Position numbers and translations under genes: made by a program
In this document: positions 1-8,445 of the stretch, piece after piece
Position numbering within the stretch: position 1 is the stretch's first letter
Layout of the letters: each line of letters opens with the position of its first letter
Notes under the pieces: model-generated
Databases searched by the model: none
The model's input: only the letters and a program-made list of their open reading frames with translations
What the model was told of the DNA's origin: nothing
Origin: Nitrososphaeria archaeon
GTDB lineage: Archaea; Thermoproteota; Nitrososphaeria_A; Caldarchaeales; JAVZCJ01
Assembly: GCA_041862235.1 (NCBI GenBank)
Contig: JBGVSY010000006.1
Coordinates: forward strand, 21,597 to 41,596
Length of the DNA stretch: 20,000 nt
Direction of reading: 5' to 3'

Positions 1-87
1 GGTCCCTTAGCACCTCCCTTCCCGTCGACATGACAGCGAACATCACAAAGGGTCAGCGATCGAGTCGATCGATTGGATGAAGTCTAG

Positions 88-424
88 CTCGTCTTGGTGG
101 CGACAGTTCCCTTGGATCGATGCATACAGGTCTCGTTCTTGCCCTGGTTCGCTCCTCCGACGTGCTGATCACGGAGCGCCGCTGCCTCGCCTTAGGGCTG
201 CTCGCTCCCGCGCCTAACCCGATTCGGCGGGTAGGAGGCATCTTGACCTTCCCTACGGAAGACAAGTGTCTTTACATCGGCCCCTGTGGGCACGCGTTCA
301 CAGGAGCTGGCCAAGATGGGATCGAGGTGCATACATCTCTCCTCAGGTTGCTGACCCCCGCATTATGTCCCATTTCGGGTTCAGGGAAGGGCTGGCTCCC
401 CGGTCCTACCTGTCGCCACCGACG
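88..424 (-). ncRNA. Archaeal signal recognition particle RNA (7S/SRP RNA)
   Basis: Minus strand. The S-domain helix 8 signature is GGUUAGG-CGC-GGGA-GCG-AGCAGCC-CUAAG (GNRA tetraloop plus AGCAG asymmetric loop side), with adjacent helix 6 ACCCG-CCGAAU-CGGGU. The Alu-like 5' domain reads UAGGACCGGGGAGCCAGCCC..CCCUGAACCCGAAAUGGGACAUAAUGCGGGGGUCAGCAACC. The termini pair perfectly over 11 bp (GGUGGCGACAG near 420-410 with CUGUCGCCACC at 106-96). A TATA-like TTTAAAT lies just upstream. Exact ends are approximate. Confidence 0.9.
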
Positions 425-444
425 CTCGTGTTGCACTTCGATGA

Positions 445-452
445 ATTTAAAC
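445..452 (-). promoter_or_regulatory. TATA-like box (GTTTAAAT) for the SRP RNA gene
   Basis: Minus strand AATGGTTTAAATTC lies about 25 nt upstream of the inferred 5' end of the SRP RNA. Confidence 0.5.
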
Positions 453-614
453 CATTCTCGACCGATCATATCTGCTTTGACAACCCACTCACAGCTTCCC
501 CTTTCTAGGCGTCCAAGGAATTTGACCCCTACAGAGGAGTACTCTCCGGCCTCGCCTACTCCAGAATAGCGTATAACTGCGGCGGGGGTCTACGCCGACT
601 CTTTCTCCTTAGCT

Positions 615-1607
615 TCACTTCACAAAGCTATCGAGCCGGCGCCTATGACTTGGTGTCTTTCCCACTTTGCCGGACACAGTGCCCAGTATCTCACAGGCTC
701 TGCACATTTCTCTGCTGCTGAGTTCCCCGCAGATCCGGCACTTCATGCTTACTGCCGTCTTATCTCGCAGAGGCATTCTTTCGAGAGATCTCAGAGCGGT
801 GAACAGAGATCCTGGATACTTTGCCTCGAAGTCGTTAAGGAAGAATCGAATCAGGTTTCGAGAAGAGGTTGAGGCATACTTGCAGGCGTGGGTCTGCAGG
901 TACATGCCTCTTAGGTAGGCGTAGAGAGCAACCTCCTTCTCCGGAGTGAGCCTGAATGGAGTCACCCGGGGGATGAGCTGATTCTTCACTCTCCCAGCCC
1001 AAGGCTTCGCTAGATCTCCTCGCATGATGTTGAGGATGTAGGTCTGAACTACGTCATCCAACGTGTGCGCTGTGGCTACAACGTCAGCACCTGCTTCTCT
1101 AGCAGCTTGGCTCAACGACCTCCTTCGCAACACGCCGCAGATTGTGCAGGGATATGTTTCAGAACCTCTCCCCTTCAGAACGGCAACCATTTCGTCCAGC
1201 ATGTACCCGAACTGATCTTTGAAACTCACAACCACGTGTTCCACTCCTCTATTACGCGCCTGCACCCTCGCTATCTCAACAGCCTCGTCTCTGTATCCAG
1301 ATATTCCCTCATCAACAGTAACGGCAATGAGCTCAGAGTAAGGATGGAGCGACTCTATCCTGGCCAGCAAGTCCATTAACGACAGGCTATCCTTACCCCC
1401 GGACACAGCCACCACAATCCTGTCATCATAGTGAAACATGTCATACTCTGAGATGGTTTTGGCCACTCTTCTTTCAAATGTCTTGATGAAACATCTTCGA
1501 CAAAGCCTCTCTCCGGAGTATTTGCGCATATGAATGGCTTCGCTTCGATGGCAGAGGCTACAGTAGCGTTTCTCAGTCAAGAACAAACAAGCCTCCAGGC
1601 CGCACAT
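615..1607 (-). CDS. PP-loop ATPase of the TtuA/Ncs6 family (tRNA uridine/5-methyluridine 2-thiolation type)
   Basis: N-terminal CxxC zinc pairs (CSLCHRSEAIH, GERLCRRC), the PP-loop VAVSGGKDSLSLMDLL, the internal CxxC in PCTICGVLRR with a partner Cys near KYASTSSRN, and a C-terminal CRICGE..CRAC zinc ribbon. Confidence 0.85.
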   Translation of the reverse strand: MCGLEACLFLTEKRYCSLCHRSEAIHMRKYSGERLCRRCFIKTFERRVAKTISEYDMFHYDDRIVVAVSGGKDSLSLMDLLARIESLHPYSELIAVTVDEGISGYRDEAVEIARVQARNRGVEHVVVSFKDQFGYMLDEMVAVLKGRGSETYPCTICGVLRRRSLSQAAREAGADVVATAHTLDDVVQTYILNIMRGDLAKPWAGRVKNQLIPRVTPFRLTPEKEVALYAYLRGMYLQTHACKYASTSSRNLIRFFLNDFEAKYPGSLFTALRSLERMPLRDKTAVSMKCRICGELSSREMCRACEILGTVSGKVGKTPSHRRRLDSFVK

Positions 1608-1781
1608 TTCTCATCCACATGCAACTTCCATCTCAGCGAGCCCGTTTGTTTGTTGACTGGCGGCCTACTCGAACTGATCTCGTAATAAGCATGTCGTTGT
1701 AAACATGCTTTCTGTCCCGCATCCGGGCGGATCTTGTCTCTGCATCAATGAGGTTCGGCGGGAGACCTGTGGTCTCGGAAG

Positions 1782-2975
1782 TCAGGTCAGAATGTAGGGT
1801 ATGGCTATCATAGAGACTATGAGAGAGATCATGACTATCGATATCGCCACGGTGGTGATCCAGGCTCTCCTGTGGCCTATCCTGCCTTTGCTAGCCGCCT
1901 CAAGTCCGGCGAGAAATATCCGTCCACCGTCAAAGGGATACAGTGGAAGAGCATTAAATATGGCAAGATTGAAGTTCATAAACCATGTCCAGAAGAATAG
2001 ATTTGAGAGAATGTAGGCCGCTTCACCCAACGGCGATGTATAGAAGACTTTCATCACATCCGAGTACGGCACAAAGAACTGCGCACCGGGGATCGTGGGC
2101 ACCAACAGGTACTTCAAGACATTGACATCTGTCAGCATGTAGCCTTCAAGCACCGCACGTAGGGATATCGGTTGTATTGGTAGCACGGCCTGAGATCTGT
2201 TGTTCTCGTTCGCGATCAATGGGACGACGTACTCAGTGTAGGTATCGCCGTGGAGAGCCTGGATCATCACCGTGTCATTCGGCTTGGAGTGGTCAATAAA
2301 GTCGATCAAGTCGCCCAGACTCGTGATGCTGGTGTTGTTCATTCCTACGATGATGTCTCCAGCGCTCAACCCGACCTGCGCCGGTATGTGTCTTTCGTCT
2401 ACTGCCAGCACCCCTAAACCGTTGGCTCGAGGAGCCAGTGTGCTGACGGTGAACAGAAGCAGAGCGAGAGAAGCGAACGCCACTAATACGTTGACACCGG
2501 GGCCTCCAGCGAGGGTGCGAGCTGAATCTTTGAACTTCGCGGCTTTCAACCGCTCCTCATCTATCTCCACGAACGCCCCTATCCAAAGCACAGCAAGGAA
2601 TATTAGGCCGGCGGATTTCACCGGTATCCCAAGGGATCTCGCTAGGATCCCGTGCGCGCCCTCATGGACAACTACGGCCACGATCAGGGTTATCCAGCCA
2701 TAGAGCAGCGGAATCACCGGGTTGAGCCCGGGGATGAGTAAGTTCGAGAGGAAACCTAGGGATCTGCTGATCACTCGAATCTCGGGCCTCGTGAGGTACG
2801 CGATGATGCTGGTAACTACCAAGTAGAGGCTAACGGCTGCCGCAAACGGGACTATGTAGACGAGAACAGATCCCAAGGGCTTCAGGAACCTTGAACGGCC
2901 CAGCCTGTCTAAGACGCTGATAACTCTCTCCGTCTTAACAAGAATGAAGGGTAGCTGGACCTCGACGTTTTTCAT
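1782..2975 (-). CDS. Membrane-embedded site-2 protease-like metalloprotease (M50) with an internal PDZ-like region
   Basis: HEGAHG (HExxH) motif, a C-terminal NALPLYPFDGG (NxxPxxxxDG) motif, several hydrophobic segments, and a PDZ-like AGDIIVGMNNTSITSLGDL. The ORF extends to 3044 with a TTG start; ATG at 2975 is preferred because a TATA-like TTTATAT sits at about 3045-3053. Confidence 0.8.
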   Translation of the reverse strand: MKNVEVQLPFILVKTERVISVLDRLGRSRFLKPLGSVLVYIVPFAAAVSLYLVVTSIIAYLTRPEIRVISRSLGFLSNLLIPGLNPVIPLLYGWITLIVAVVVHEGAHGILARSLGIPVKSAGLIFLAVLWIGAFVEIDEERLKAAKFKDSARTLAGGPGVNVLVAFASLALLLFTVSTLAPRANGLGVLAVDERHIPAQVGLSAGDIIVGMNNTSITSLGDLIDFIDHSKPNDTVMIQALHGDTYTEYVVPLIANENNRSQAVLPIQPISLRAVLEGYMLTDVNVLKYLLVPTIPGAQFFVPYSDVMKVFYTSPLGEAAYILSNLFFWTWFMNFNLAIFNALPLYPFDGGRIFLAGLEAASKGRIGHRRAWITTVAISIVMISLIVSMIAIPYILT

Positions 2976-3080
2976 GGCGCTACCAGCATAGAAGAATATA
3001 TCAACGTTGCCGGCCGCGCGGCCGTCGTCATCCACCTCGACCAAGATATAAACACGGCGACCCAGCCTAAAGTAGAGGAT

Positions 3081-3779
3081 TTGGCTCGCAGGTATCCCTT
3101 TCGCCTGGTTGAGTACGATTCAGCTCACTGGTCTAGGCTCAACTCTCTGCGTCAGCGAGCCCTCAGCATCATGAAGCCCTTGGAAGCCAGAGGCTATAGA
3201 ACTATTGTCTACGGCAGCGTGGCTAGGGGTGACGTCTCGGAAACCAGTGATGTAGACGTATTCATTCCCTACGCTGTATCTTCTGCCATGATCGAGACGA
3301 CGCTCTCCGAGTCCTCAGTCAAACCCGAGGGGAGGAGGCTAGTTCAAGCGACACCCTCTTACGCGGTCAAAGCCTACCTAGACATCGATGACCTTACCTC
3401 TGTGTCTTTCCCGTTGATCAAGATGCGGTCCGAGGAACTGGATTTCTACAGGTTGGCTGGAGAGCTTACCTACCCCCAGGTTCAGGGAGGTAAGAGAGTA
3501 CCCGGCGTCAACAAGCAGCTGATGCTCGTGATCCCAACCGATTCAGGTCATAGGGAGTTCTCCCTAGTGGAGAGATTGGAGGAAGCGGCTCTCGTCTTAG
3601 GAGTGGACACCGGGGTTCTGCGAAGACGAAGCCGTGTTCTGCTAAGAAGAAGAGAAATAGGTAGGACGGGTGTCTTCAAGTCGATCATGATTTCAGATGA
3701 AGAGAGCTTTGAAGAAGTACTCACACGGCTGGCAGCTGAAAACCCTGCCGTCCGAAGAAGGATGAGATCCAACGGTTGA
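3081..3779 (+). CDS. Nucleotidyltransferase-domain protein (archaeal, minimal/NTase fold)
   Basis: YGSVARGDVSETSDVDVFIPY matches the GSxxxG...DxD nucleotidyltransferase signature. The TTG start is preceded by a TAGAGGAT purine run. Confidence 0.7.
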   Translation: MARRYPFRLVEYDSAHWSRLNSLRQRALSIMKPLEARGYRTIVYGSVARGDVSETSDVDVFIPYAVSSAMIETTLSESSVKPEGRRLVQATPSYAVKAYLDIDDLTSVSFPLIKMRSEELDFYRLAGELTYPQVQGGKRVPGVNKQLMLVIPTDSGHREFSLVERLEEAALVLGVDTGVLRRRSRVLLRRREIGRTGVFKSIMISDEESFEEVLTRLAAENPAVRRRMRSNG

Positions 3780-3857
3780 GAACAACAGCCCTATTCCACA
3801 GGCCTGATCGACTCGACTCCTTGCACGTGAATCCGTTGGAAGATCGACCGATCAAGT

Positions 3858-4143
3858 GGACTCTTGGAGAGTCCATGAGGGGCTAGCGCGTGGCCAAGCA
3901 TTCCAGAAACGCGGAAACCAAGACCATGCCGAGCCGCATGCTCGTGTGAAGGTAATACAGGATTGAGGGCTAGTACCCGATGACGCCTGAGGGCTACCCT
4001 TAATTGAGGCCTGGGGATGATGTCTGTAATTGGGGGTTAGGCCTTGAGGCATGATCTTGTGAGCCTGCCGATGGGAGGTGCAGGTCCCTTGAGCACCTCT
4101 AGGAGTAAGGGGTTCACGGGGCTGCCAGAAAGCGGGTTGAACC
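3858..4143 (+). ncRNA. Candidate structured RNA or leader region upstream of pelA
   Basis: Perfect hairpins GGACTCT-TGG-AGAGTCC (3858-3874), GAGGTGC..GCACCTC (4075-4099) and GGTTCA..TGAACC (4111-4143), plus TTGAGGCCT/AGGCCTTGA (4004-4047). No convincing ORF lies in the roughly 440-bp gap. Confidence 0.25.
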
Positions 4144-4219
4144 ACGGCTGGAAAGCCCAGTTCCAAAGCCTTCACAACACCAAGGAAGAGGAGCAAACGC
4201 GCGCTGGGACAGCCCAACG

Positions 4220-5305
4220 ATGGATGGTCTGATTCGTTTGAAGATCCTTTTCCAAGATGTCAGGAAAGGGGTTCTGAAGCTGCGTCTTGAATCTGCCCTC
4301 GACCTGGTTACGCTCTATCGACTAACGTCACAGGGCGACCGGATATACGGCCGCACAACACGAGAGATAAAGAAGGAGCGAGCGGATGAAACCTACGATA
4401 GCCAGAGAGTGTCGTTGTCTCTCGGAGTAAGTGTTGAAAAGAAGCAGGTGGACCCCCTGCTGAAAGAACTGTCATTCTTGGGGAGGATCTTCTTCTCGTC
4501 CATCCCAGAGGTTGTCGGCAAGTTCCACTCGATAAGGGTCCAGCCCGGCGATGTTATCACTGTGGAGAAAAGGGGAATGACGCAGAGGCATCTGTCTCTT
4601 CTCACGCGGCTCGCTGAACGGGGAGGCTCGGAGCTGTTGTGTCTATTGATTGACGATGACTCCTACCTTCTTGCAGAGATGGGTGAGATAGGGGTGAAAA
4701 TACTCGACGAGCGAGGACTATCCCATGGAGGGAAGGCTGAGCCAGAGAACTACAGTGAAGAGCGGCGCAAACTGATGGATAGGGCATGCTTCTCCATCGA
4801 GAATATGTTTCAGGTTTCACCTCGAGATTTGTGTGTAATGGGGCCCTCCGTGTTCGTGGATGAATTCCTCAGTCGGCTCAAGACGAAGAGACCTGACATA
4901 GCTGAACGCGTTGCGACGAAAGGCTATGCCTCTTCAGCTACAGTAGCTGGGCTAAATGAAGTGTTGAGAGGACCTCTAAGCTCTGAAAAAGGGTTGAAGC
5001 TGAAGCCGGCGAAGGACGCGAAGCTGGTTGAAACATTGATAGGGCATCTCTCACAGGGCAAGCGTGACGTTTCCCTGGGAAGAGAGGAGGTCGAATTTGC
5101 AGCCCAGATTAAGGCCATAGCGATTCTCCTCGTGGAAGAGAGCTACCTGTGGAAACACCTAGACGACAGTTCATTCATCCAACTCATGGATCAAGCGGAT
5201 AAGCTGCGAGCAGAGACCGTGGTTATCTCAGGGAGAACTGAGGCAGCGGAGAAGCTAGCCTCTTTTGGAGGGATAGCCGCCATTCTCAGATATCAGCTCC
5301 GATGA
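4220..5305 (+). CDS. pelA: Pelota/Dom34 homologue (archaeal mRNA surveillance/ribosome rescue)
   Basis: The full-length 361-aa protein has typical Pelota features: N-terminal DLVTLYRLTSQGDRIYGRTTREIK, central LSVSVEKKQVD..LRIxG-like domain text, and C-terminal VVISGRTEAAEKLASFGGIAAILRYQLR. Confidence 0.88.
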   Translation: MDGLIRLKILFQDVRKGVLKLRLESALDLVTLYRLTSQGDRIYGRTTREIKKERADETYDSQRVSLSLGVSVEKKQVDPLLKELSFLGRIFFSSIPEVVGKFHSIRVQPGDVITVEKRGMTQRHLSLLTRLAERGGSELLCLLIDDDSYLLAEMGEIGVKILDERGLSHGGKAEPENYSEERRKLMDRACFSIENMFQVSPRDLCVMGPSVFVDEFLSRLKTKRPDIAERVATKGYASSATVAGLNEVLRGPLSSEKGLKLKPAKDAKLVETLIGHLSQGKRDVSLGREEVEFAAQIKAIAILLVEESYLWKHLDDSSFIQLMDQADKLRAETVVISGRTEAAEKLASFGGIAAILRYQLR

Positions 5306-5462
5306 TTGATCCATCCTCCGTGAACTGTATTAAGGCCGTGACCGAGGGCGTCCAGATCAATGATCTTCAGGGAAGCGGGTACAGACACTCGTCAGATGTC
5401 TTCAAGAGAAGACAGGATGAAGATCGACCCAGTGCACAAAAGGCTGACAAACCCTTGATCAC

Positions 5463-6644
5463 TCAAAGGTCGCCTGTCGTCATGATTTTGACCTTTGAGG
5501 GTTTCTTGGAGATTTCTCCTATTCTGGCGCCTATCAGGTAGAGCTCGTCGTTGCGCGTAGCCGCTAAGTCGATTAGTCTCTGGGTGACTACGCCGTCGAA
5601 AACCACGTACTTCGCGTTACTCATTTCTCCCAGCTTTTTCGCCAGCTCGCTAACCGGGGTTCTTGAGACCTCATCGAGGTTTTTGTCGTAGACCATGGCG
5701 AGAAGGCTTCCCTCCAAGGATTTAGCGGTCTCCACCAACTTCTGGGGGATACCAGGTTTGACTTCCTTGACCGGCGCTGCCTTCATCGCTTTCTTCAACT
5801 CCTTCACGGCGACAGCTTTCTCTAGGGCTTCCTCCATTTCGCGTTTGGTCAGTTCCTCGACTTCTTTTCCCTGAGGTGCACGGGCTACGTAGTCGATTTT
5901 GCTCTTCATCAGAAGCTCTTTGAGGATCAGGTCCCCCCCGTGGTCTCCATCTAGGAAGGCGGTTACCTTCTGCTTCCTGTGGGTGATCTCTTCGATGGTC
6001 TTAGGTACCTGAACGCCCTCCACCGCTATGGCGTTGTTGTATCCATACTTGAGAAGGTTGTTCACGTCTGCTCTGCCTTCGACCACTAGTAGATCTTGGC
6101 TTTCGTTCACGGTTGGCCCGGCTGGAAGCTTGTCAGGTCCGTACTCAATGACCCTGGCCTTGACCAATGCCTGTTCGATCTGGCGGAACACGGCGTCGTC
6201 TGTCGGTATCTTCTGCTGCTCCCAATCGTACAGAATCTCCTTAGCTCGCTTAGTGATCCTCTGTCTCTTCTCGACTCTCGCGTCTTCAATTTTCTCAATG
6301 GTGACCTTTGAGCCATAAGGCCCTACCCTGTCGACGCTTTCTATGATAGCCGCTACCAGAGCTGTCGTCGATCTGTCGAGGCTCGTTGGAACAACTACTT
6401 TTCCTTCGGTCTTCTTGCCTTGGGTCTTGACCTTTATCTCTATCCTTCCTATCCGGCCTGATTTCTGGAGGTCCCTGAGATCGAGCTCCGAGCTGAAGAT
6501 ACCCTCAGTTTAGCCTGTATGATGTGTTGCACATCCACACATTTGGCCGAAGAGAGCACCAACAACATCGGGTTTTTCGACAGGGCCATCCACATCTATC
6601 TTTGCATGAATTATGTACTTTGTAACTGGTTGACCAAACGTCAC
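5463..6644 (-). CDS. dnaG: Archaeal DnaG-like primase (Toprim), interrupted by a putative 33-nt intron at 6510-6542
   Basis: Exon 1 (GTG at 6644 down to 6543, 34 codons) encodes [34 protein letters not shown]. Exon 2 (6509 down to 5463) encodes [31 protein letters not shown]...[29 protein letters not shown]...[12 protein letters not shown]. Joined, these give a contiguous DnaG of 382 aa. The GAGGTGA Shine-Dalgarno overlaps the stop of the upstream gene. The ORF track only begins at 6191 because the in-frame TAA in the intron (6512-6510) is followed by about 106 codons with no ATG, GTG or TTG. Confidence 0.88.
6510..6542 (-). other. Putative archaeal BHB-type mRNA intron within dnaG (33 nt)
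   Basis: Minus-strand RNA is ...GGCCAA|AUGUGUGGAUGUGCAACACAUCAUACAGGCUAA|ACUGAGGG... The central 4-bp helix is GGCC (exon) with GGCU (intron). Each side is followed by a 3-nt AAA bulge cut AA|A. The inner helix is UGUGU(g)GAUGUG-CAA-CACAUCAUACA. Removal restores GGC CAA ACU GAG GGU = G Q T E G. The outer helix is imperfect (CUCUU/GAGGG after a 1x2 offset). Confidence 0.8.
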
Positions 6645-6650
6645 ACACAA

Positions 6651-7052
6651 TCACCTCTTGATTCTCTTTGCGAAATAAGGGTCTATGCTCTCAATCTCAT
6701 GCACACCGTTTCTGACAAGACGCTTCAGCCTTCTCCTGTAGGAAAGGTCGTGGCTAACGCCTATTTGTGAAAGGTATTTGGATATTCTCCCGCTAAGGAG
6801 TTCCCCTTCTCGATCGAAGTCTGTCAGGATAATTATCTTCCGGTTGACAAACTCCTCTGGGTTCACGGCGAGTATTTCTCTGTATCTTCTGAGTTGGATG
6901 ATACTCTTGTCTATGCCAAGGTTATTCAGGGATCTTTGGTCTCTCAATCCTTCAACTACTACCAGTGCTCCCTGCTCCGTTTCCTGCCGCAGGTCGGCTA
7001 CGATTTTCGCTACCTCTTCGTACGTGTCTTGAAGTGTCTTGTGAGTGAGCAA
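6651..7052 (-). CDS. Small Toprim-domain (primase-like) protein of the COG1658/UPF0292 type
   Basis: Toprim motifs GALVVVEGLRDQRSLNNLG and IIILTDFDREGELLSGRISKYL. It lies immediately upstream of dnaG. Confidence 0.75.
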   Translation of the reverse strand: MLTHKTLQDTYEEVAKIVADLRQETEQGALVVVEGLRDQRSLNNLGIDKSIIQLRRYREILAVNPEEFVNRKIIILTDFDREGELLSGRISKYLSQIGVSHDLSYRRRLKRLVRNGVHEIESIDPYFAKRIKR

Positions 7053-7193
7053 GATTGAGTGTCCCTTATACAGGGAAACGTGCGTTGACGCTGGTAAAAA
7101 ACCTTTCTTTCAGCCTTACTTGAGGACATGGTTAGCAAGGCTTCGGAGCCTTCGCGCGGGAAAGAGCGAGGCCGCTACAGCTGTCCTCCAACC

Positions 7194-8288
7194 TTATCTT
7201 GTTGTTTCCTGAGCTCTCACGAAGAGGTGCAGGTCTCTTGCCCTCGAGTTCTTCTGAAAGTGCTCTCTGATGGGTTTAAGTATCTCGTTCAGGGCTCGGC
7301 TCGTCGCGTTCTTGAGGTCTAGGGGGTGAATCTTCCCAGCCCTATAGTCGGTTTCGACGTTGTCATAAGTGAAGTACTCGAGGTTTCCCCCGTACTTCTT
7401 GGGCCTCTCGACAGTCAGCTTTTCCTTTCTGAGAAAGATAATGTATTTACAATACTCGAGGACTGGATTGTTCTTAACATCCTTGGAAGGGCAGTAGGCT
7501 CCCCGGATCTTTCTTGCAATTTCCTCGGCGCTGTCGTGGACCAGTATGGTTGTCTCAGGCTTGCTCTTGCTCATCTTTGACGCTATTTGCAGGTCTATCG
7601 CCCTGTTCTCATCGAAACCCATTGGCTTCGCCGATAACCCTCTAAGGCCCATCAACATGTGATGATGTACTGCAACGGGTTTCCATAGACCAAGTTTAGG
7701 CCCTGTCTCACGAGCGAGTATGTTGGCTCGACGCTGATCGAGGCCAAGTTGGCATATATCGACTTTGAGGAAGAAGATGTCAGAGACCTGCATTGCGGGA
7801 TAGTAGAGTTGGGCAGCCTGCTGGATTTCCGCCTCCCGTCTCCCCATTATAGTCAGGCATCTCAGCAAACGCTGGACGGTTACGTTCTTGGCAACGCTTA
7901 CAAACAGCTTCCAATATTCTCTGTCCGCCACCATATCATTGCTCCACACAATGTCAACCTGCGCTGGATCGATACCTGAAGCTCTCCAGACCTCGATTAG
8001 ATACTCTCCCACCTTTCTGATCTTCTCCAAGTCACCGCCCATCTTATTGTTTATCATAGCATGCCAATCGGCAAGAAGAAGCTTGAATCGGCACCCAGCG
8101 TCAAGCATGTCTCTTAGCTTCGCGGCACGCAGCACCCCGAAAGGAACATGAGCCAGCCCACTCGGTTCAAACCCGTCGTACGCAACGGGGTGCTCGTTGG
8201 TCTCCAGCAGATCTCTCAGATCCTGCTCCGTTATGACCTCTTCTGTCGGCAGCCTCTTGATCAGCTCCAGACGCTCTTCTAGGTCCAT
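7194..8288 (-). CDS. tyrS: Tyrosyl-tRNA synthetase (archaeal type)
   Basis: VAYDGFEPSGLAHVPFG, the LGLDQRRANILARE tyrosine/ATP site, and the KMSKSKPETTI signature loop. The ORF extends to 8378, but ATG 8288 (MDLEERLELIKR) follows a TATA-like box and is the likely start. Confidence 0.88.
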   Translation of the reverse strand: MDLEERLELIKRLPTEEVITEQDLRDLLETNEHPVAYDGFEPSGLAHVPFGVLRAAKLRDMLDAGCRFKLLLADWHAMINNKMGGDLEKIRKVGEYLIEVWRASGIDPAQVDIVWSNDMVADREYWKLFVSVAKNVTVQRLLRCLTIMGRREAEIQQAAQLYYPAMQVSDIFFLKVDICQLGLDQRRANILARETGPKLGLWKPVAVHHHMLMGLRGLSAKPMGFDENRAIDLQIASKMSKSKPETTILVHDSAEEIARKIRGAYCPSKDVKNNPVLEYCKYIIFLRKEKLTVERPKKYGGNLEYFTYDNVETDYRAGKIHPLDLKNATSRALNEILKPIREHFQKNSRARDLHLFVRAQETTR

Positions 8289-8320
8289 CTTCCCCAGGGA
8301 TCTTGATCTAAAGGATGCAG

Positions 8321-8327
8321 ATAAAAA
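8321..8327 (-). promoter_or_regulatory. TATA-like box (TTTTTAT) upstream of tyrS, directly flanked by GATCGATC
   Basis: Minus strand ...CAGATCGATCTTTTTATCTGC..., 33-39 nt before ATG 8288. Confidence 0.5.
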
Positions 8328-8391
8328 GATCGATCTGAGACGCTCTCGGTAAGCCCGGGTCGGAAAGATTCGGTGCACTCGATCGATCGCT

Positions 8392-8407
8392 GGGGCAATG
8401 CTGCCCC
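8392..8407. repeat. Perfect short inverted repeat GGGGCA-ATGC-TGCCCC
   Basis: Read directly; 6-bp arms and a 4-nt loop, immediately next to GATCGATCGCT. Confidence 0.6.
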
Positions 8408-8445
8408 GCGCTGAACCTATTTAATGTAGATTGACTAAGGTCGTG

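Noticed and set aside
53-569. Track ORFs at 53..265, 120..569, 266..508 and 272..469
   Set aside because: They overlie the SRP RNA gene and its promoter and have no protein-family features.
3852-4232. Possible RNase P RNA or box C/D sRNA reading of the pre-pelA gap
   Set aside because: I looked for the conserved P4 strands (GAGGAAAGUCC-like and ACAGAA..GGCUUA-like) and for correctly spaced C/D boxes and did not find convincing matches; kept only as an unassigned candidate.
5463-6191. ORF-track DnaG fragment starting at 6191 as the complete gene or as a truncated pseudogene
   Set aside because: Conserved DnaG coding sequence continues upstream in the same frame to the TAA at 6510-6512 and resumes beyond it; one exact 33-nt removal restores the full protein.
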